Positions 1 through 10,216 of a stretch of DNA of 62,673 nucleotides are shown here, in pieces; position 1 is the first letter of the stretch; each line of letters opens with the position of its first letter. The notes beneath the pieces were generated by a model, which made no database searches, was not told the DNA's origin, and was given only the letters and a program-made list of their open reading frames with translations. This DNA comes from Gemmatimonadota bacterium (GTDB taxonomy: Bacteria; Gemmatimonadota; Gemmatimonadetes; Longimicrobiales; RSA9), in NCBI GenBank assembly GCA_040905425.1, contig JBBDRO010000111.1:4382-67054 (forward strand). The letters run 5' to 3'. A program made the translations under genes and the position numbers.

Positions 1-1
1 C

Positions 2-436
2 GGTTGGGCGCAGGCGCTGGCGCTCCTGGACCTGTACGTGACCGAGCACTGGGAGGAGCGGCGCCACGCCTTCTTCACGCTGCGTCCGGCCACGGTCGAC
101 TGGGATACGCTGCTGCCCTGGTTCACCGAGCCACATATGCTCGAGCGGTGGTTGGCGGAAGCGGATGTGCCGCTGCGCACCGGCGGCCGGGCGGAGCTGC
201 GGATCCTGGCGGGCCCCACGCTCTCCGGGCGGGTCCTGTGCGTGACCGATACGGAAGTCTCCATGGCCTGGGACGAGGGCCGTGGCGCCCTCGAACTGAA
301 GGCGTTCGCCGGTCCTGAGGACCAGCGCTTCGTGGCGCTGCGTGGTACGCACTGGGGCGCTGAGCGGGATTTCCGCGGCCTGGAGGACGCGGCGGAGGCT
401 GCGCTGGACCGGCTGGTGGGGCTGTTGGCCCCATGA
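2..436 (+). CDS. SRPBCC/AHSA1-like domain protein, 5'-truncated by the window edge
   Basis: The frame is open from base 2 (GWAQALALLDLYVTEHW, like the C-terminal helix of an SRPBCC domain), followed by FTEPHMLERWL...LRTGG, typical of a second AHSA1-like repeat. Confidence 0.55.
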   Translation, partial: GWAQALALLDLYVTEHWEERRHAFFTLRPATVDWDTLLPWFTEPHMLERWLAEADVPLRTGGRAELRILAGPTLSGRVLCVTDTEVSMAWDEGRGALELKAFAGPEDQRFVALRGTHWGAERDFRGLEDAAEAALDRLVGLLAP

Positions 437-490
437 ACGTTACGCGCGGCGCATGGTCCCGCGCGCGGTGCGCGGCGCGGGGACGTCGCT

Positions 491-1297
491 TCAGAACGTG
501 AAGGTCAGACCCGCATAGACGTTGTGATCGTCCCGCTTCACACCGGGTCGCGGCGTGGAGTCGTGCTCGAACTTGTGGCGGAAGGAGAGCGCCATCGTGC
601 GCGAGATCTGGGAGCTGGCCTTGAGCACGTTCTCGAACGTGTAGTCGTCACCCGCGTCCCAGATGGGCACGTACTTGGTGGCGTTGTCCAGTCGCACGAC
701 CTCGCCCAGGCGGCGCATGCCCGTCACCTCCACCTGCCAGCGCCCGTTCGTGTCCACCGGTTCCAGGCTGGGGTCACCCTTTGTCAGGTACTGCTGGCGG
801 TCGTAGAGGGCGGACGCCTTGACCGTGAGGTTGCCATTGCTGCCGCGGTACGGTTGAAAGCGCACGCCGGCGCCGCTCTGAGTCTTCAGGTCCAGCTTCT
901 TGAAGGGATTACGGTTGGCGTTGGTGACCGCAAAGGCGGACACGCGGTCGCGGGGGTAGACGGTCACCTCGAGCGAGCTCTTCCACTCCCGCCGCACGAC
1001 CTCACTCTCGCTCTCGCCGTACTGGTAGCCGAGCTCCCATTCGAACTGGAAGTCATCGGTGAGAAGGTGCCTCAGTTCGAAGCCGCTGGTCAGGACCACC
1101 AGATCCGAGTTGCCGCTGGCGGCGCTGAAGCCCAGGTCGAGCTCGATGCGCCACCGATCCACAACCGCCGCCGCCGCCTCTTCATCCGCCGGCGGAGGAG
1201 GTGGGTCCTGCGCCCGGGCGGGGGCGTAGAGGAGCGCGGCGAGCGTCAGGGCCACGCTCAGCGCGCGCCCCGGATACCGGAGGGTTCTTCCGTGCAT
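491..1297 (-). CDS. DUF481-family outer-membrane beta-barrel protein
   Basis: Signal peptide ending ARA-Q, W..ELDLGFSAASGNS start, alternating beta-strands, C-terminal aromatic LTFTF. ATG at 1297 preferred over the track start. Confidence 0.75.
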   Translation of the reverse strand: MHGRTLRYPGRALSVALTLAALLYAPARAQDPPPPPADEEAAAAVVDRWRIELDLGFSAASGNSDLVVLTSGFELRHLLTDDFQFEWELGYQYGESESEVVRREWKSSLEVTVYPRDRVSAFAVTNANRNPFKKLDLKTQSGAGVRFQPYRGSNGNLTVKASALYDRQQYLTKGDPSLEPVDTNGRWQVEVTGMRRLGEVVRLDNATKYVPIWDAGDDYTFENVLKASSQISRTMALSFRHKFEHDSTPRPGVKRDDHNVYAGLTFTF

Positions 1298-1373
1298 GCT
1301 TCCGTGTGGATCGGGTGCGCGCTCTGTGGCCGTCGGACCCCGAAAACTGATCGACGATCCCCCAGCGTGCAAG

Positions 1374-2615
1374 TCAGAACCGGGTGTCCATCCCCAGGAT
1401 AAGCCGCACCGTGTCCCGCGCGATGAGGAGTTCCTCGTCCGTGGGGATGACCCAGGCGTGGACCCGCGATTCGTCCGTGGAGATGCGGCCCTCCTTGCCG
1501 GCCACCATGGCATGGTTGGCCGCCGGATCCACCGTCAGGCCCATCCAGTCGAGGCCCGTGCAGATTCCCGAACGCACGGCGGCGCTGTTCTCGCCGATGC
1601 CTCCCGTGAAGACCACGGCGTCGGCGCCGCCCATGGCGGCCAGGTAGGCGCCGATGTACTTGCGTGCCCGGTAGCAGAAGATCTCCACGGCCAGCCAGGC
1701 GCGGCGGTCGTCGTGCTCCTCCGCCTCCGCCAGCAGCTCGCGCATATCGTGCGTGAGGCCGGAAATGCCGAGCAGGCCGGCCTGCTTGTTCAGCAGCAGT
1801 TCCACCTCACGCAGGCTCAGCCCCTCCTTCACTGCGATGTAGTCCAGCACGGCCGGGTCCACGTCCCCTGAGCGGGTGCCCATGACCAGCCCCTCCAGCG
1901 GTGTGAATCCCATGGAGGTGTCCACCGAGTCACCACCCACGTTGGCGGTGGCCGAGCAGCCGTTGCCCAGGTGCATGGTGATCAGCCGGGTGTGTGGCCG
2001 ATCGGTGCCGGTGAGCTTGCGCCACCGGTAGGCCACGTAGCGGTGGCTCGTGCCGTGGAAGCCGTAGCGGCGGATCTTGTAGCGCCGGTAGAACGAGTAG
2101 GGGATGGCGTAGAGGTAAGCGTGGTCCGGGAGCGTGGCGTGGAAGGACGTGTCGAAGACCGCCGCCTGCGGCAGATCCTTGCCCAGCACGTCCCGCACGG
2201 CCAGGATGCCCTTCAGGTTGTGGGGGTTGTGAAGCGGCGCCAGGTCGATCATGTCCTCGATCTCCCGGATCACCTCGGGTGAGAGCAGGACCGACTTCGT
2301 GAACCGCTCACCGCCGTGTACCACGCGGTGGCCCACGGCATCGATGTCCCGGAAGCCCGGCACGTCTTCGCCTGCCTCCGTGTCCAGCCAGCGGAGGATG
2401 GTGTCCACCGCCTCCCGGTGGTTGCGCACCGGCCGGGCGCTTCGCTCGGGAGCGTGACCCTCCTCCTGGAAGGTGATGAGCGCCTCCCCGCCGATGCGGT
2501 CCACCACGCCGCTGGCCAGGCGCTCGTCGGCGTCGTTCTTTATACGCTCTTCGTCGGTCCGGATCACCCGGAACTTCAGCGTGGACGAGCCGGCGTTCAG
2601 TACCAGGACGTTCAT
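1374..2615 (-). CDS. ackA: Acetate kinase
   Basis: [62 protein letters not shown] motifs. Confidence 0.97.
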   Translation of the reverse strand: MNVLVLNAGSSTLKFRVIRTDEERIKNDADERLASGVVDRIGGEALITFQEEGHAPERSARPVRNHREAVDTILRWLDTEAGEDVPGFRDIDAVGHRVVHGGERFTKSVLLSPEVIREIEDMIDLAPLHNPHNLKGILAVRDVLGKDLPQAAVFDTSFHATLPDHAYLYAIPYSFYRRYKIRRYGFHGTSHRYVAYRWRKLTGTDRPHTRLITMHLGNGCSATANVGGDSVDTSMGFTPLEGLVMGTRSGDVDPAVLDYIAVKEGLSLREVELLLNKQAGLLGISGLTHDMRELLAEAEEHDDRRAWLAVEIFCYRARKYIGAYLAAMGGADAVVFTGGIGENSAAVRSGICTGLDWMGLTVDPAANHAMVAGKEGRISTDESRVHAWVIPTDEELLIARDTVRLILGMDTRF

Positions 2616-2658
2616 TGCTGCCCCCTCCCCTCGTGCGCCGCCGTGGCGCGCTTCCCCG

Positions 2659-3123
2659 TTACACGATGCTGACCTTTTCCATGACCACGTCTTCGGCGGG
2701 CCGGTCCCCGGCGCCCGTCTGCACCGCGCCGATGGCCTGCACCACGTCCATGCCGCTGCTCACCTTGCCGAAGACGGCGTGCTTGCCGTCCAGCCAGGGG
2801 GTGGGGGCCAGCGTCACGAAGAACTGCGAGCCGCCGGTGTTGGGTCCGGCGTTGGCCATGGACAGGACGCCCGGCTCGTCGTGGGTGAGGTCGGCGTGGA
2901 ATTCGTCGGGGATGTTGTAGCCGGGGCCGCCGCGCCCGGTGCCCGTGGGGTCGCCGCCCTGCAGCATGAAGCCCTCGATGACGCGGTGGAAGATCACGCC
3001 GTCGTAGAAGCCCTTCTCGGCCAGGTCGACGAAGTTCTTGGTGGTCTTCGGGGCCCGCTCCTCGAAGAGTTCCACCTCGAAGGTGCCCTGGTTCGTGTCT
3101 ATGCGCGCCGTCCGATTGGCCAT
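2659..3123 (-). CDS. Cyclophilin-type peptidyl-prolyl cis-trans isomerase
   Basis: [45 protein letters not shown]. Confidence 0.97.
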   Translation of the reverse strand: MANRTARIDTNQGTFEVELFEERAPKTTKNFVDLAEKGFYDGVIFHRVIEGFMLQGGDPTGTGRGGPGYNIPDEFHADLTHDEPGVLSMANAGPNTGGSQFFVTLAPTPWLDGKHAVFGKVSSGMDVVQAIGAVQTGAGDRPAEDVVMEKVSIV

Positions 3124-3141
3124 ACCGTCTCCTGATGGGGG

Positions 3142-4245
3142 TCAGCCCCCGCGATGGGGGTCGATGAGTGCTTTGGTGACACGCCGCTCCGCCACGGCCT
3201 GCAGGGCGCTCTCGGCCTCCGCCAGGCCGAAGCGCTCGGTGGCGATGAGCGTCCACGGGCGCGCCCGCTCCGCGTCCCGGAGGAGCTGCACGCCACGGTA
3301 GAAATGGGAGAAGTCCGAGCCCCACGTGCCGCGTACCTCCAGGTGCTTCCGATTCAGTTCGGTGTGGGGATTGATCTCCACCGGGCCGTGGTCCGTGTAC
3401 TGCCCAACCACCACCACGCGCCCCGCGTCACGGGTAAAGCGCATGGCCTGGGGCACGGCCTGCGGGTCCCCCGCGGCCTCGATGGTAATGTCCGCGCCGC
3501 GCCCGCCGGTGTGCTCCAGCACCCAGTCCAGCCGCTGCTCGGGCGTGGCCCGCTCGATGGACAGCGTGGCGGTGGCGCCCACGGCGCGCGCCGCCACCAG
3601 TCGGCTCTCCGGCGCGCCGATGCACAGCACCTTCCCGGCGCCCCGCATGCGGGACAGGATCACGCTGGACAGGCCCACGGGGCCGCTGCCCAGGACCAGC
3701 ACGGTATCGGCCAGCTGGATGTCGGCCCGCTCCACGGCGTGCAGCGCGGTGGGCAGCGAGCAGCCGCCGGCCATGAAGGTCTCGGGCTCCACGCCGGAAA
3801 GCCGGATGAGGCGCGTGCCCGGCTTCAGGTACATGCGCTCCGCCCACCCGCCCGACAGGCCGTCCTCCGCGCCGTAGGTGATGCCGTAGACGCGGCGGGA
3901 GGGGCAGCGCGTGGCGGCGCGGGCCACCAGGCAGAACCAGCACTCGTTGCAGGTGCCGTGGACGTCCAGGAAGGTGACCCGGTCCCCTTCGGCCAGCGGC
4001 CAGCCCTCCACGTCCCGGATGATGCCGCGCACCTTGGCCAGGCGCCCAGCGGCCACGTGACCGGGGATGAGCGGATAGGGCACGCCCTCCAGGCGTCCCT
4101 CGCGCAGGTGCACGTCCGTGCCGCACACCTCGCTCAGTTCCACCTCTAGGAGCGCGGAATCCTGTTCGAGTTCCGGTTCCGGGAACTCGCGCACTTCCAC
4201 CGACTGCCCTGGTCCCGGGATCACGGCGGCTGCAACGCTGCCCAA
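3142..4245 (-). CDS. Zinc-binding (MDR) alcohol dehydrogenase
   Basis: VCGTDVH, PGH, structural Zn CNECWFC...C, Rossmann GSGPVG. TTG start. Confidence 0.9.
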   Translation of the reverse strand: MGSVAAAVIPGPGQSVEVREFPEPELEQDSALLEVELSEVCGTDVHLREGRLEGVPYPLIPGHVAAGRLAKVRGIIRDVEGWPLAEGDRVTFLDVHGTCNECWFCLVARAATRCPSRRVYGITYGAEDGLSGGWAERMYLKPGTRLIRLSGVEPETFMAGGCSLPTALHAVERADIQLADTVLVLGSGPVGLSSVILSRMRGAGKVLCIGAPESRLVAARAVGATATLSIERATPEQRLDWVLEHTGGRGADITIEAAGDPQAVPQAMRFTRDAGRVVVVGQYTDHGPVEINPHTELNRKHLEVRGTWGSDFSHFYRGVQLLRDAERARPWTLIATERFGLAEAESALQAVAERRVTKALIDPHRGG

Positions 4246-4390
4246 GTCTACTCCCGCGTTCGGCTGGTGCCCCGCTGTGGCGATCGAAGGAGGGCATTGA
4301 CCCGGAGAGAATAAGCCTGCCGGGGGCCCGCGTCCACGCCGGAGGCCGGGAAGGGGGACGCAGGGTGGAGCGGGACGTCGCTTATACGCG

Positions 4391-5149
4391 CTATGTCCGG
4401 TCCACGACGTAGACGTTGCGCTGGGCCGTTGGGACCACGACCAGGTCCAGGACGTTCACGTGCGCCGGAACGCCGATCACGTAGGCCACCGCGTCGGCCA
4501 CGTCCTCCGGGCCGAGGGGGCGGAAGCCGTCGTAGACGTGCGCGGCGCGGTCCTCGTCACCGTGGAAGCGCACCACGCTGAACTCGGTCTCCACGAAGCC
4601 CGGGTCCACGCTCGATACCTTCACCCCGGTGCCCACCAGGTCCAGGTTCATCCCCTCCGTGAGGGCGCGCACGCCGTACTTGGTGGCCGCGTACACGTTC
4701 CCCTTGGGGTAGGTCATGTGCCCGGCGGTACTGCCGATGTTGATGACGTGGCCGCTGCCGCGCGCCACCATGCGCGGGAGCAGGAAGCGGCTCACGTTCA
4801 GCAGGCCCTTCAGGTTGGTGTCGATCATCCGGTCCCAGTCCTCGGGGTCCCCCTCGTGGACGGGGTCGAAGCCGCTGGCCAGGCCGGCGTTGTTGAGCAG
4901 CACGTCCGGCGGGTCGGCCAGGGCGTCAGCGGCGGTGCGCACGGCCTCGCGGTCGCGTACGTCCACGGTGGCGGTGAGCACTTCCGCTCCGTATGTGGCG
5001 CGCAGGTCGGCGGCCAGGTTCTCCAGGCGCTCCGCCCGCCGCGCCCACAGGATCAGGGCGTGGCCGTCGGCGGCCAGGCGGTGTGCGCACGCGGCGCCGA
5101 TGCCCGCGCTGGCGCCGGTGATGAGGATGCGCTTGCTGGTGCTCATCAT
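4391..5149 (-). CDS. Short-chain dehydrogenase/reductase, YdfG-like NADP-dependent
   Basis: TGASAGIG, NNAG, YAATK, DPGFVETEFSVVRF. Real start is MMSTSK, not the longer track ORF. Confidence 0.9.
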   Translation of the reverse strand: MMSTSKRILITGASAGIGAACAHRLAADGHALILWARRAERLENLAADLRATYGAEVLTATVDVRDREAVRTAADALADPPDVLLNNAGLASGFDPVHEGDPEDWDRMIDTNLKGLLNVSRFLLPRMVARGSGHVINIGSTAGHMTYPKGNVYAATKYGVRALTEGMNLDLVGTGVKVSSVDPGFVETEFSVVRFHGDEDRAAHVYDGFRPLGPEDVADAVAYVIGVPAHVNVLDLVVVPTAQRNVYVVDRT

Positions 5150-5302
5150 GCGTCGTGGGTGCCGGGTAGGGAGCCTCCCGCGTGGAGACTCTGGTGGACA
5201 GGATACGGTCCATTTAACATGAGGGACAGCCGGCGCGTCCATGAGTTCGTGACGGACGGGTCCGCTGGCGGCATGCCGCCGCGAAGAGAAAGGACGGAGT
5301 TC

Positions 5303-5935
5303 ATGAGGGCATTCAGAGGGGGCGCGGCGCTGGTGCTGCCGCTGGTCGTGGCGCTGGCGGCGTGCGCGGACACACCCACGGGGCCGGATGACGGCCAGGG
5401 CATCGAGGCGCAGCTCACCGAGGTTGCGCAGATCTCGGGCTCGCTCACCACTGCGGCCCGGGCCGGAGGTGGCCAGCACCTGCAGGGCCTTTTCCGTAAG
5501 GCCGTACTCCAGGTGCGTGACACGGAGGGGGTCGAGGCGGCACGCGCGCTGATCGCGCCCATCCGGGACGCGGCGCGCGCGGCCCGTGAGATCCGCCGGA
5601 GCGGGGATCGGGACGCCTTCCACGCCGCCATGGAGGCGGTGCACCTGGCGCAGGCCACGGTCATCGTGGACGTGCTCGGCTCGGCGGTCGTGGAGGAGGC
5701 GCTCGCGGTGGCGGAGGCGCGGCTGGCGGCGCTGCAGGCGCGCGTGGACGCCGCGGCGGCGGGAGGCCGGGACGTGACGGCCATCCAGGCGCGCGTGGAC
5801 GCGGCCGCCGTCGAACTGGCGGAGGCCCGCGCGCTGGCGGCCACCGATCCGGCGGCGGCGCTCGTGAAGGCGCTCTTCTTCGGGCCCCACGCCTACGGCG
5901 GCACGGGCGGGATGGGCGGTTGGCGCGGCGGCTGA
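5303..5935 (+). CDS. Alanine-rich helical lipoprotein of unknown function
   Basis: GGAG upstream of ATG 5303; signal peptide with lipobox LAAC; internal QARVDAAA repeat. Confidence 0.7.
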   Translation: MRAFRGGAALVLPLVVALAACADTPTGPDDGQGIEAQLTEVAQISGSLTTAARAGGGQHLQGLFRKAVLQVRDTEGVEAARALIAPIRDAARAAREIRRSGDRDAFHAAMEAVHLAQATVIVDVLGSAVVEEALAVAEARLAALQARVDAAAAGGRDVTAIQARVDAAAVELAEARALAATDPAAALVKALFFGPHAYGGTGGMGGWRGG

Positions 5936-5999
5936 GCCGGTCGGCAGGCGGCTGAGGCGGTCGGCAGGGCGGGTCGGCAGAGCGGCTGAGCCGACAGCG
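5926..5999. repeat. Degenerate short repeats (TCGGCAG / GCGGCTGAG) after the lipoprotein stop
   Basis: Three TCGGCAG and three GCGGCTGAG units interleaved. Confidence 0.5.
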
Positions 6000-6010
6000 T
6001 CCGCACACCA

Positions 6011-6044
6011 CGGGGGGCGGGTCTCGAACGAGGCCCGCCCCCCG
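6011..6044 (+). terminator. GC-rich stem-loop, terminator-like (no U-tract)
   Basis: CGGGGGGCGGGTCTC-GAAC-GAGGCCCGCCCCCCG downstream of the lipoprotein gene. Confidence 0.55.
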
Positions 6045-6062
6045 CGCGTCCGCCACCGCGCG

Positions 6063-6092
6063 TTGACCCTGCCGCATATCAGGCTGTATCCT
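6063..6092 (+). promoter_or_regulatory. Putative sigma70 promoter for the M28 peptidase operon
   Basis: TTGACC-N18-TATCCT, 39 bp upstream of ATG 6132. Confidence 0.45.
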
Positions 6093-6131
6093 GCGGGTGT
6101 CCTTTGCCAACCTCAATCCGCAGGTGTCCCC

Positions 6132-8531
6132 ATGAGCCGTTCCACCGTGGCGCCGCTGACGGCGCTGGCGGCGCTCCTCGCCGCTTTCCCCTTCCTGGCC
6201 GGTGCTCCGGCCGCGGCCCAGACGCCGATCGCCGTGGCGGCGGGCACCACCGCGAGCGCATCCGACGCCGCCTGGGACTCCGCCTACTTTGCCTGGGATG
6301 CCGGGGACTATCCGGACGCCCTGGAGCGCATGGAGCGCCTGCTCGGCGGCCCCGACGCGGCGCGCTACCTGGAGCGGGCGGCGCTGCTGACCGGCGAACT
6401 CTACCGCACCGCGGAGCTGACCACCGACGGCGCCGCGCCCCGCTGGAGCCCCGACGGCCGCTACGCCGCCTACGAGACCACCCGCAGCGGGAACGAGGTC
6501 ACGGTAGTCGTGGAGCCCGCCGCGGACGGGGTCCGCGAGGTGGCGGTGCTTTCCGGCAGCGGCGCCGTCCTCGGCGCCGGCGGCAGGGTGGCCTGGATGG
6601 TCGTGGACGAGACGCCCGAACTGGCCGCCGCACGCGCCGAGAACGAGCGCCTGCGCCAGGCCGGGGACGCCTCCTGGCGCCAGCAGCGCGGTGAGATCGC
6701 GCGGCTGGAGGCGGCGGCCACGCGCGTCATGGAGCGCACGCTGCCGGGCGGGGAGGCGCGCGACGTCACGCCCCGCGGTGCCGCCCCCGTGTCGCTGGAA
6801 TACGACGATGCCGCGCTGCAGATCCTGGAGGGCACGGACCCGAACGAGCGCGGCCTGGTGACCTCCGCCGACGGTGCTACCGTGGCCTATCTAATGGAGG
6901 CCGGCGAGGAGACCGAGATCCACCTGGCGCCCGCCGCCAGCCCCGATGCCGGCAGCGCCGTCTACAGCACCGCCAACCGCGTCAGCGGCCTGGCCATCTC
7001 CCCCTCCGGCCGCCGCGTGGCCTTCCAGGAGATGCCGCGCGAGGACTGGGAGATCATGGTCGTGGGTGAGGACGGCCAGGCCGTCCAGGTCACCACGGAT
7101 ATCCAGCACGACCTCTACCCGGCTTTCCTCTCCGAGGACCGGCTGCTCACCATCAAGGGTGAGGGGCGCCACCGCCGCTCCTTCCTGCAGGACCTCACCA
7201 CCGGCACGGAGACGCGCCTCTTCCACAACAACACCGTCCGCACCGTGGCACCCGAGTACCAGTGGGCGCCCTCGCCGGACGGCACCAAGCTGCTGATCCA
7301 GGCCGAGCGGGACGGGGACACCGTCTCCCCGGAGCGGGGCGTGTACTTCATGGACCTGGGCGCGCGCGTCTCACTGGAGGAAGTCCGTGAGCGCGTGCGT
7401 ACCGCGCTGAACGAAGAGCGGGCGCTGCGGGCGTGGGGCGAACGTCGCTTTGCAGAAAACGCGGCGGCCGTGCGGGACGCGGTGGCCGATGTCTCCACCG
7501 GGCGCATCTTCCACTACGCCGAGGACCTGCACCGCTTCGGCTCCAAGAACATCACGCAGCCGGGCAACATTCCCGCCACCCATTACCTTGCGGACAGGCT
7601 GCGCGCGTTCGGCTACGAACCCGAGCTGCAGTGGTTCGAGGCGCGCGGGCTGCGCGTGGCCAACGTCATCGCGCGCCTGCCCGGCACCGCGCACCCCGAC
7701 GTGGTCTACGCCGTGAGCAGCCACTTCGATTCCAGCAGCCGCGGCCCCGGCGCCGACGACAACTCGTCCGGCACCACCGCGCTGCTCGAGGCAGCGCGCG
7801 TCATGAAGGACCGGCCGCAGGAGGCCACCATCGAGTTTGCCTTCTTCACCGGCGAGGAGTCGGGGTTGCTGGGCGGCCGCGAGTACGTGCGCCAGGCGGT
7901 GGAGGGCGGCAAGGGGCTGGTGGGCGCTCTGAACAATGACATGGTGGGCTTTGCCAACAACCACCGGCTGGACAACACCATCCGCTACTCCAACCCGGGT
8001 ATCCGGGACATCCAGCACGCGGCCGCGTTCCTCTTCACGGACCTCATCACCTACGACGCGCTCTACTACAAGAGCACCGACGCGCAGGCGTACTACGACG
8101 CGTACGGGGACATCGTGGGCGGCATCGGCTCCTACCCCATCCTGGCCAGTCCGCACTACCACCAGAGCCACGACGTGCTGGAGACCATCAATCAGCAGCT
8201 CGTGGCGGAGGTGTCCAAGACCACGGTGGCCACGCTGATGCTGCTGGCCTCGGTGCCGTCGCGCGTCAAGGAGCTGGAGGTGGTGTCGGTGAGCGGCGGC
8301 ACGGCCCAGGTGCGCTGGGAGGCGCTGCCCGAGTCGGACATTCAGGACTACGTGGTGGCGGTGGACGGCGGCGAGCGCCCCGATCCCGCCACCGGACAGC
8401 GCGTGAGCGGCACCAGCGTCACGGTGCAGGGCGTGCGCCCCGGGAGCGAGATCGCGGTCATCGCGGTGGACGCCGACGGCCGGCCCGGGTGGGACTGGGC
8501 GCGTGTCACCGTGGGAGGCAACAATGAGTAA
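6132..8531 (+). CDS. Secreted M28-family metallopeptidase with PD40/TolB-like repeats and a C-terminal FN3-like domain
   Basis: Signal peptide; PRWSPDGR, ISPSGRRVAF, PSPDGTKL repeats; SHFDS, GADDNSSG, GEESGL, NNDM, HYHQSHD. Confidence 0.88.
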   Translation: MSRSTVAPLTALAALLAAFPFLAGAPAAAQTPIAVAAGTTASASDAAWDSAYFAWDAGDYPDALERMERLLGGPDAARYLERAALLTGELYRTAELTTDGAAPRWSPDGRYAAYETTRSGNEVTVVVEPAADGVREVAVLSGSGAVLGAGGRVAWMVVDETPELAAARAENERLRQAGDASWRQQRGEIARLEAAATRVMERTLPGGEARDVTPRGAAPVSLEYDDAALQILEGTDPNERGLVTSADGATVAYLMEAGEETEIHLAPAASPDAGSAVYSTANRVSGLAISPSGRRVAFQEMPREDWEIMVVGEDGQAVQVTTDIQHDLYPAFLSEDRLLTIKGEGRHRRSFLQDLTTGTETRLFHNNTVRTVAPEYQWAPSPDGTKLLIQAERDGDTVSPERGVYFMDLGARVSLEEVRERVRTALNEERALRAWGERRFAENAAAVRDAVADVSTGRIFHYAEDLHRFGSKNITQPGNIPATHYLADRLRAFGYEPELQWFEARGLRVANVIARLPGTAHPDVVYAVSSHFDSSSRGPGADDNSSGTTALLEAARVMKDRPQEATIEFAFFTGEESGLLGGREYVRQAVEGGKGLVGALNNDMVGFANNHRLDNTIRYSNPGIRDIQHAAAFLFTDLITYDALYYKSTDAQAYYDAYGDIVGGIGSYPILASPHYHQSHDVLETINQQLVAEVSKTTVATLMLLASVPSRVKELEVVSVSGGTAQVRWEALPESDIQDYVVAVDGGERPDPATGQRVSGTSVTVQGVRPGSEIAVIAVDADGRPGWDWARVTVGGNNE

Positions 8532-9717
8532 GTCTGAAGCGACGACGCCCGGCATCACCCGTCGCGACTTCGTCCGCGCCGGCGCCGTAGCGGGGTTCGC
8601 GGCGGCGCTGCCGGGAACGGCGGGCGCGCTCGGGCCGGTGGGCACCGGCGGGTCGGCAGACGCGCGTGAACTGGCCGGGGCCCCGTTCGTGCGGCGCCCG
8701 CGCCGCGCCCGCCCCATGGTCATCTCGGACACCAGCGGCTTCGACTTCCGGAACGGCGGTCCGCAGAACGCCCTGGAGCGCGCCTTCGAGGGCATCGCCC
8801 GCGGGGATGACGTGCTGGACGCGCTCATCGCGGGCGTGAACATCCCCGAGAACGACCCCGCCGAGACCGGCATCGGCTACGGCGGGCTGCCCAACGCCGA
8901 CGGCGTGGTGCAGCTCGACTCGTGCTGCATGCACGGTCCGCTGAAGCGTGCTGGCGGGGTGGCCGCGCTGGAGGGCGTGCGCAACCCGTCGCTGGTGGCG
9001 CGCGCGGTGGCGGACCTCACGGACCACCACCTGCTGGTGGGGAAGGGCGCCCAGGAGTTTGCCCGCCAGCTCGGCTTCGAGATCGAGGAGGACCTGAACA
9101 CCGAGCGCTCGCGCGAGCTCTGGCTGGAGTGGAAGCGGCGCCTGGACCCCGGCCACTGGCTGGACCCCAACCGCCGCGAGCGAGCCGGCCTGGAAGCCGG
9201 CCTCTCCATGGTGCGCGACGGCCTCATCCCCGCCAGCAGCTTCTGGGGCACCATCAACTGTGACGGCGTGAACGCCAACGGTGACCTGTGCGGCGTGACC
9301 ACCACCAGCGGCCTGGGCTGGAAGATCCCCGGCCGCGCCGGCGACTCGCCCATCCTGGGCGCCGGCCTCTACGTGGACAATGACGTCGGCGCCGCCGGCT
9401 CCACCGGCCGCGGCGAGGCCAACCTCTACAACCTGTGCTCCTTCCTCATCGTGGAGGAGATGCGCCGCGGCGCCGCCCCGCTGGACGCCGGCATGGCCGC
9501 CCTGCGCCGCATCCAGGCCAACACCATCGATGAGCGCCTGCTGAATGAGCGCGGAGAGCCCAACTTCAACGTGCGCTTCTTCGTGCTGAACAAGGCCGGT
9601 GACTTTGCCGGCGTGGCCATGTACAACAGCGGCGAGGGGCAGTATGCCATCTGCACGGAGAACGGCGCGGAGAAGCTGCCGCTGGAGCCGCTGCTGGAGG
9701 GTGGGGACGAGGTGTAG
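8524..9717 (+). CDS. Tat-exported asparaginase-2 family Ntn hydrolase (glycosylasparaginase/isoaspartyl peptidase-like)
   Basis: TRRDFV Tat motif; GYGGLPN, QLDSCCM, nucleophile context WG|TINC, TTTSG, GRAGDSP, STGRGE. Overlaps the upstream stop (ATGAGTAA). Confidence 0.88.
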   Translation: MSKSEATTPGITRRDFVRAGAVAGFAAALPGTAGALGPVGTGGSADARELAGAPFVRRPRRARPMVISDTSGFDFRNGGPQNALERAFEGIARGDDVLDALIAGVNIPENDPAETGIGYGGLPNADGVVQLDSCCMHGPLKRAGGVAALEGVRNPSLVARAVADLTDHHLLVGKGAQEFARQLGFEIEEDLNTERSRELWLEWKRRLDPGHWLDPNRRERAGLEAGLSMVRDGLIPASSFWGTINCDGVNANGDLCGVTTTSGLGWKIPGRAGDSPILGAGLYVDNDVGAAGSTGRGEANLYNLCSFLIVEEMRRGAAPLDAGMAALRRIQANTIDERLLNERGEPNFNVRFFVLNKAGDFAGVAMYNSGEGQYAICTENGAEKLPLEPLLEGGDEV

Positions 9718-10153
9718 GGGTGGCGACAAGGTGACGCATTCCGCCGGTTGGCGGCGGTGCAACGACCACAACCCGACATGTGGCGCCATCAGTGGGTAAG
9801 ATTGTCCGGTTGGTGTCGTTAGCGCCTGCAGCGTGAGCGCCTCGCGGCTGCCGGGGCGGGGCGGCTACCGCGCCGGGGCGGCTCTGCGCCGGCGCGCGCT
9901 CGCCGGCTATAGGAGGTGCCAGGGTGCTCTGAGAATTTCCAGGGACGGCGCGTGGTTGCGCCATTATATTGTATACTGTGTACAGCGGGGTCGGGTCCGG
10001 TGTTTGGAATTCCCGATTGACATATCGTGCGTAAGCTGTTGGCGTTGCAATCTTTGCTGCGTGCTGCGGGCCGCTAAACATATGTAGCACCGACGGGCGC
10101 CATGCGCGGTCTTCAGAGCGTTCGGGAGTCCCGCATCTCGGTCCCTCCGGTCG

Positions 10154-10207
10154 GCCAGCGTGCGCCGCCCCCCGCGGGCCGCCGGCGTGCGCCGCCCCCC
10201 GCGGGCC
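10154..10207. repeat. 27-bp tandem duplication
   Basis: GCCAGCGTGCGCCGCCCCCCGCGGGCC followed by GCCGGCGTGCGCCGCCCCCCGCGGGCC (26/27 identical). Confidence 0.8.
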
Positions 10208-10216
10208 CCCGGCCCG

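Noticed and set aside
1374..2615. ackA without an adjacent pta
   Set aside because: A common arrangement; absence cannot be judged from one window.
5735..5802. 17-bp direct repeat in the helical lipoprotein gene
   Set aside because: Explained by an ordinary internal peptide repeat (QARVDA).
9954..9986. dif site or oriC in the AT-rich gap
   Set aside because: TGTATA matches the dif centre but the arms match poorly; no clean TTATCCACA boxes and no dnaA-type neighbours.
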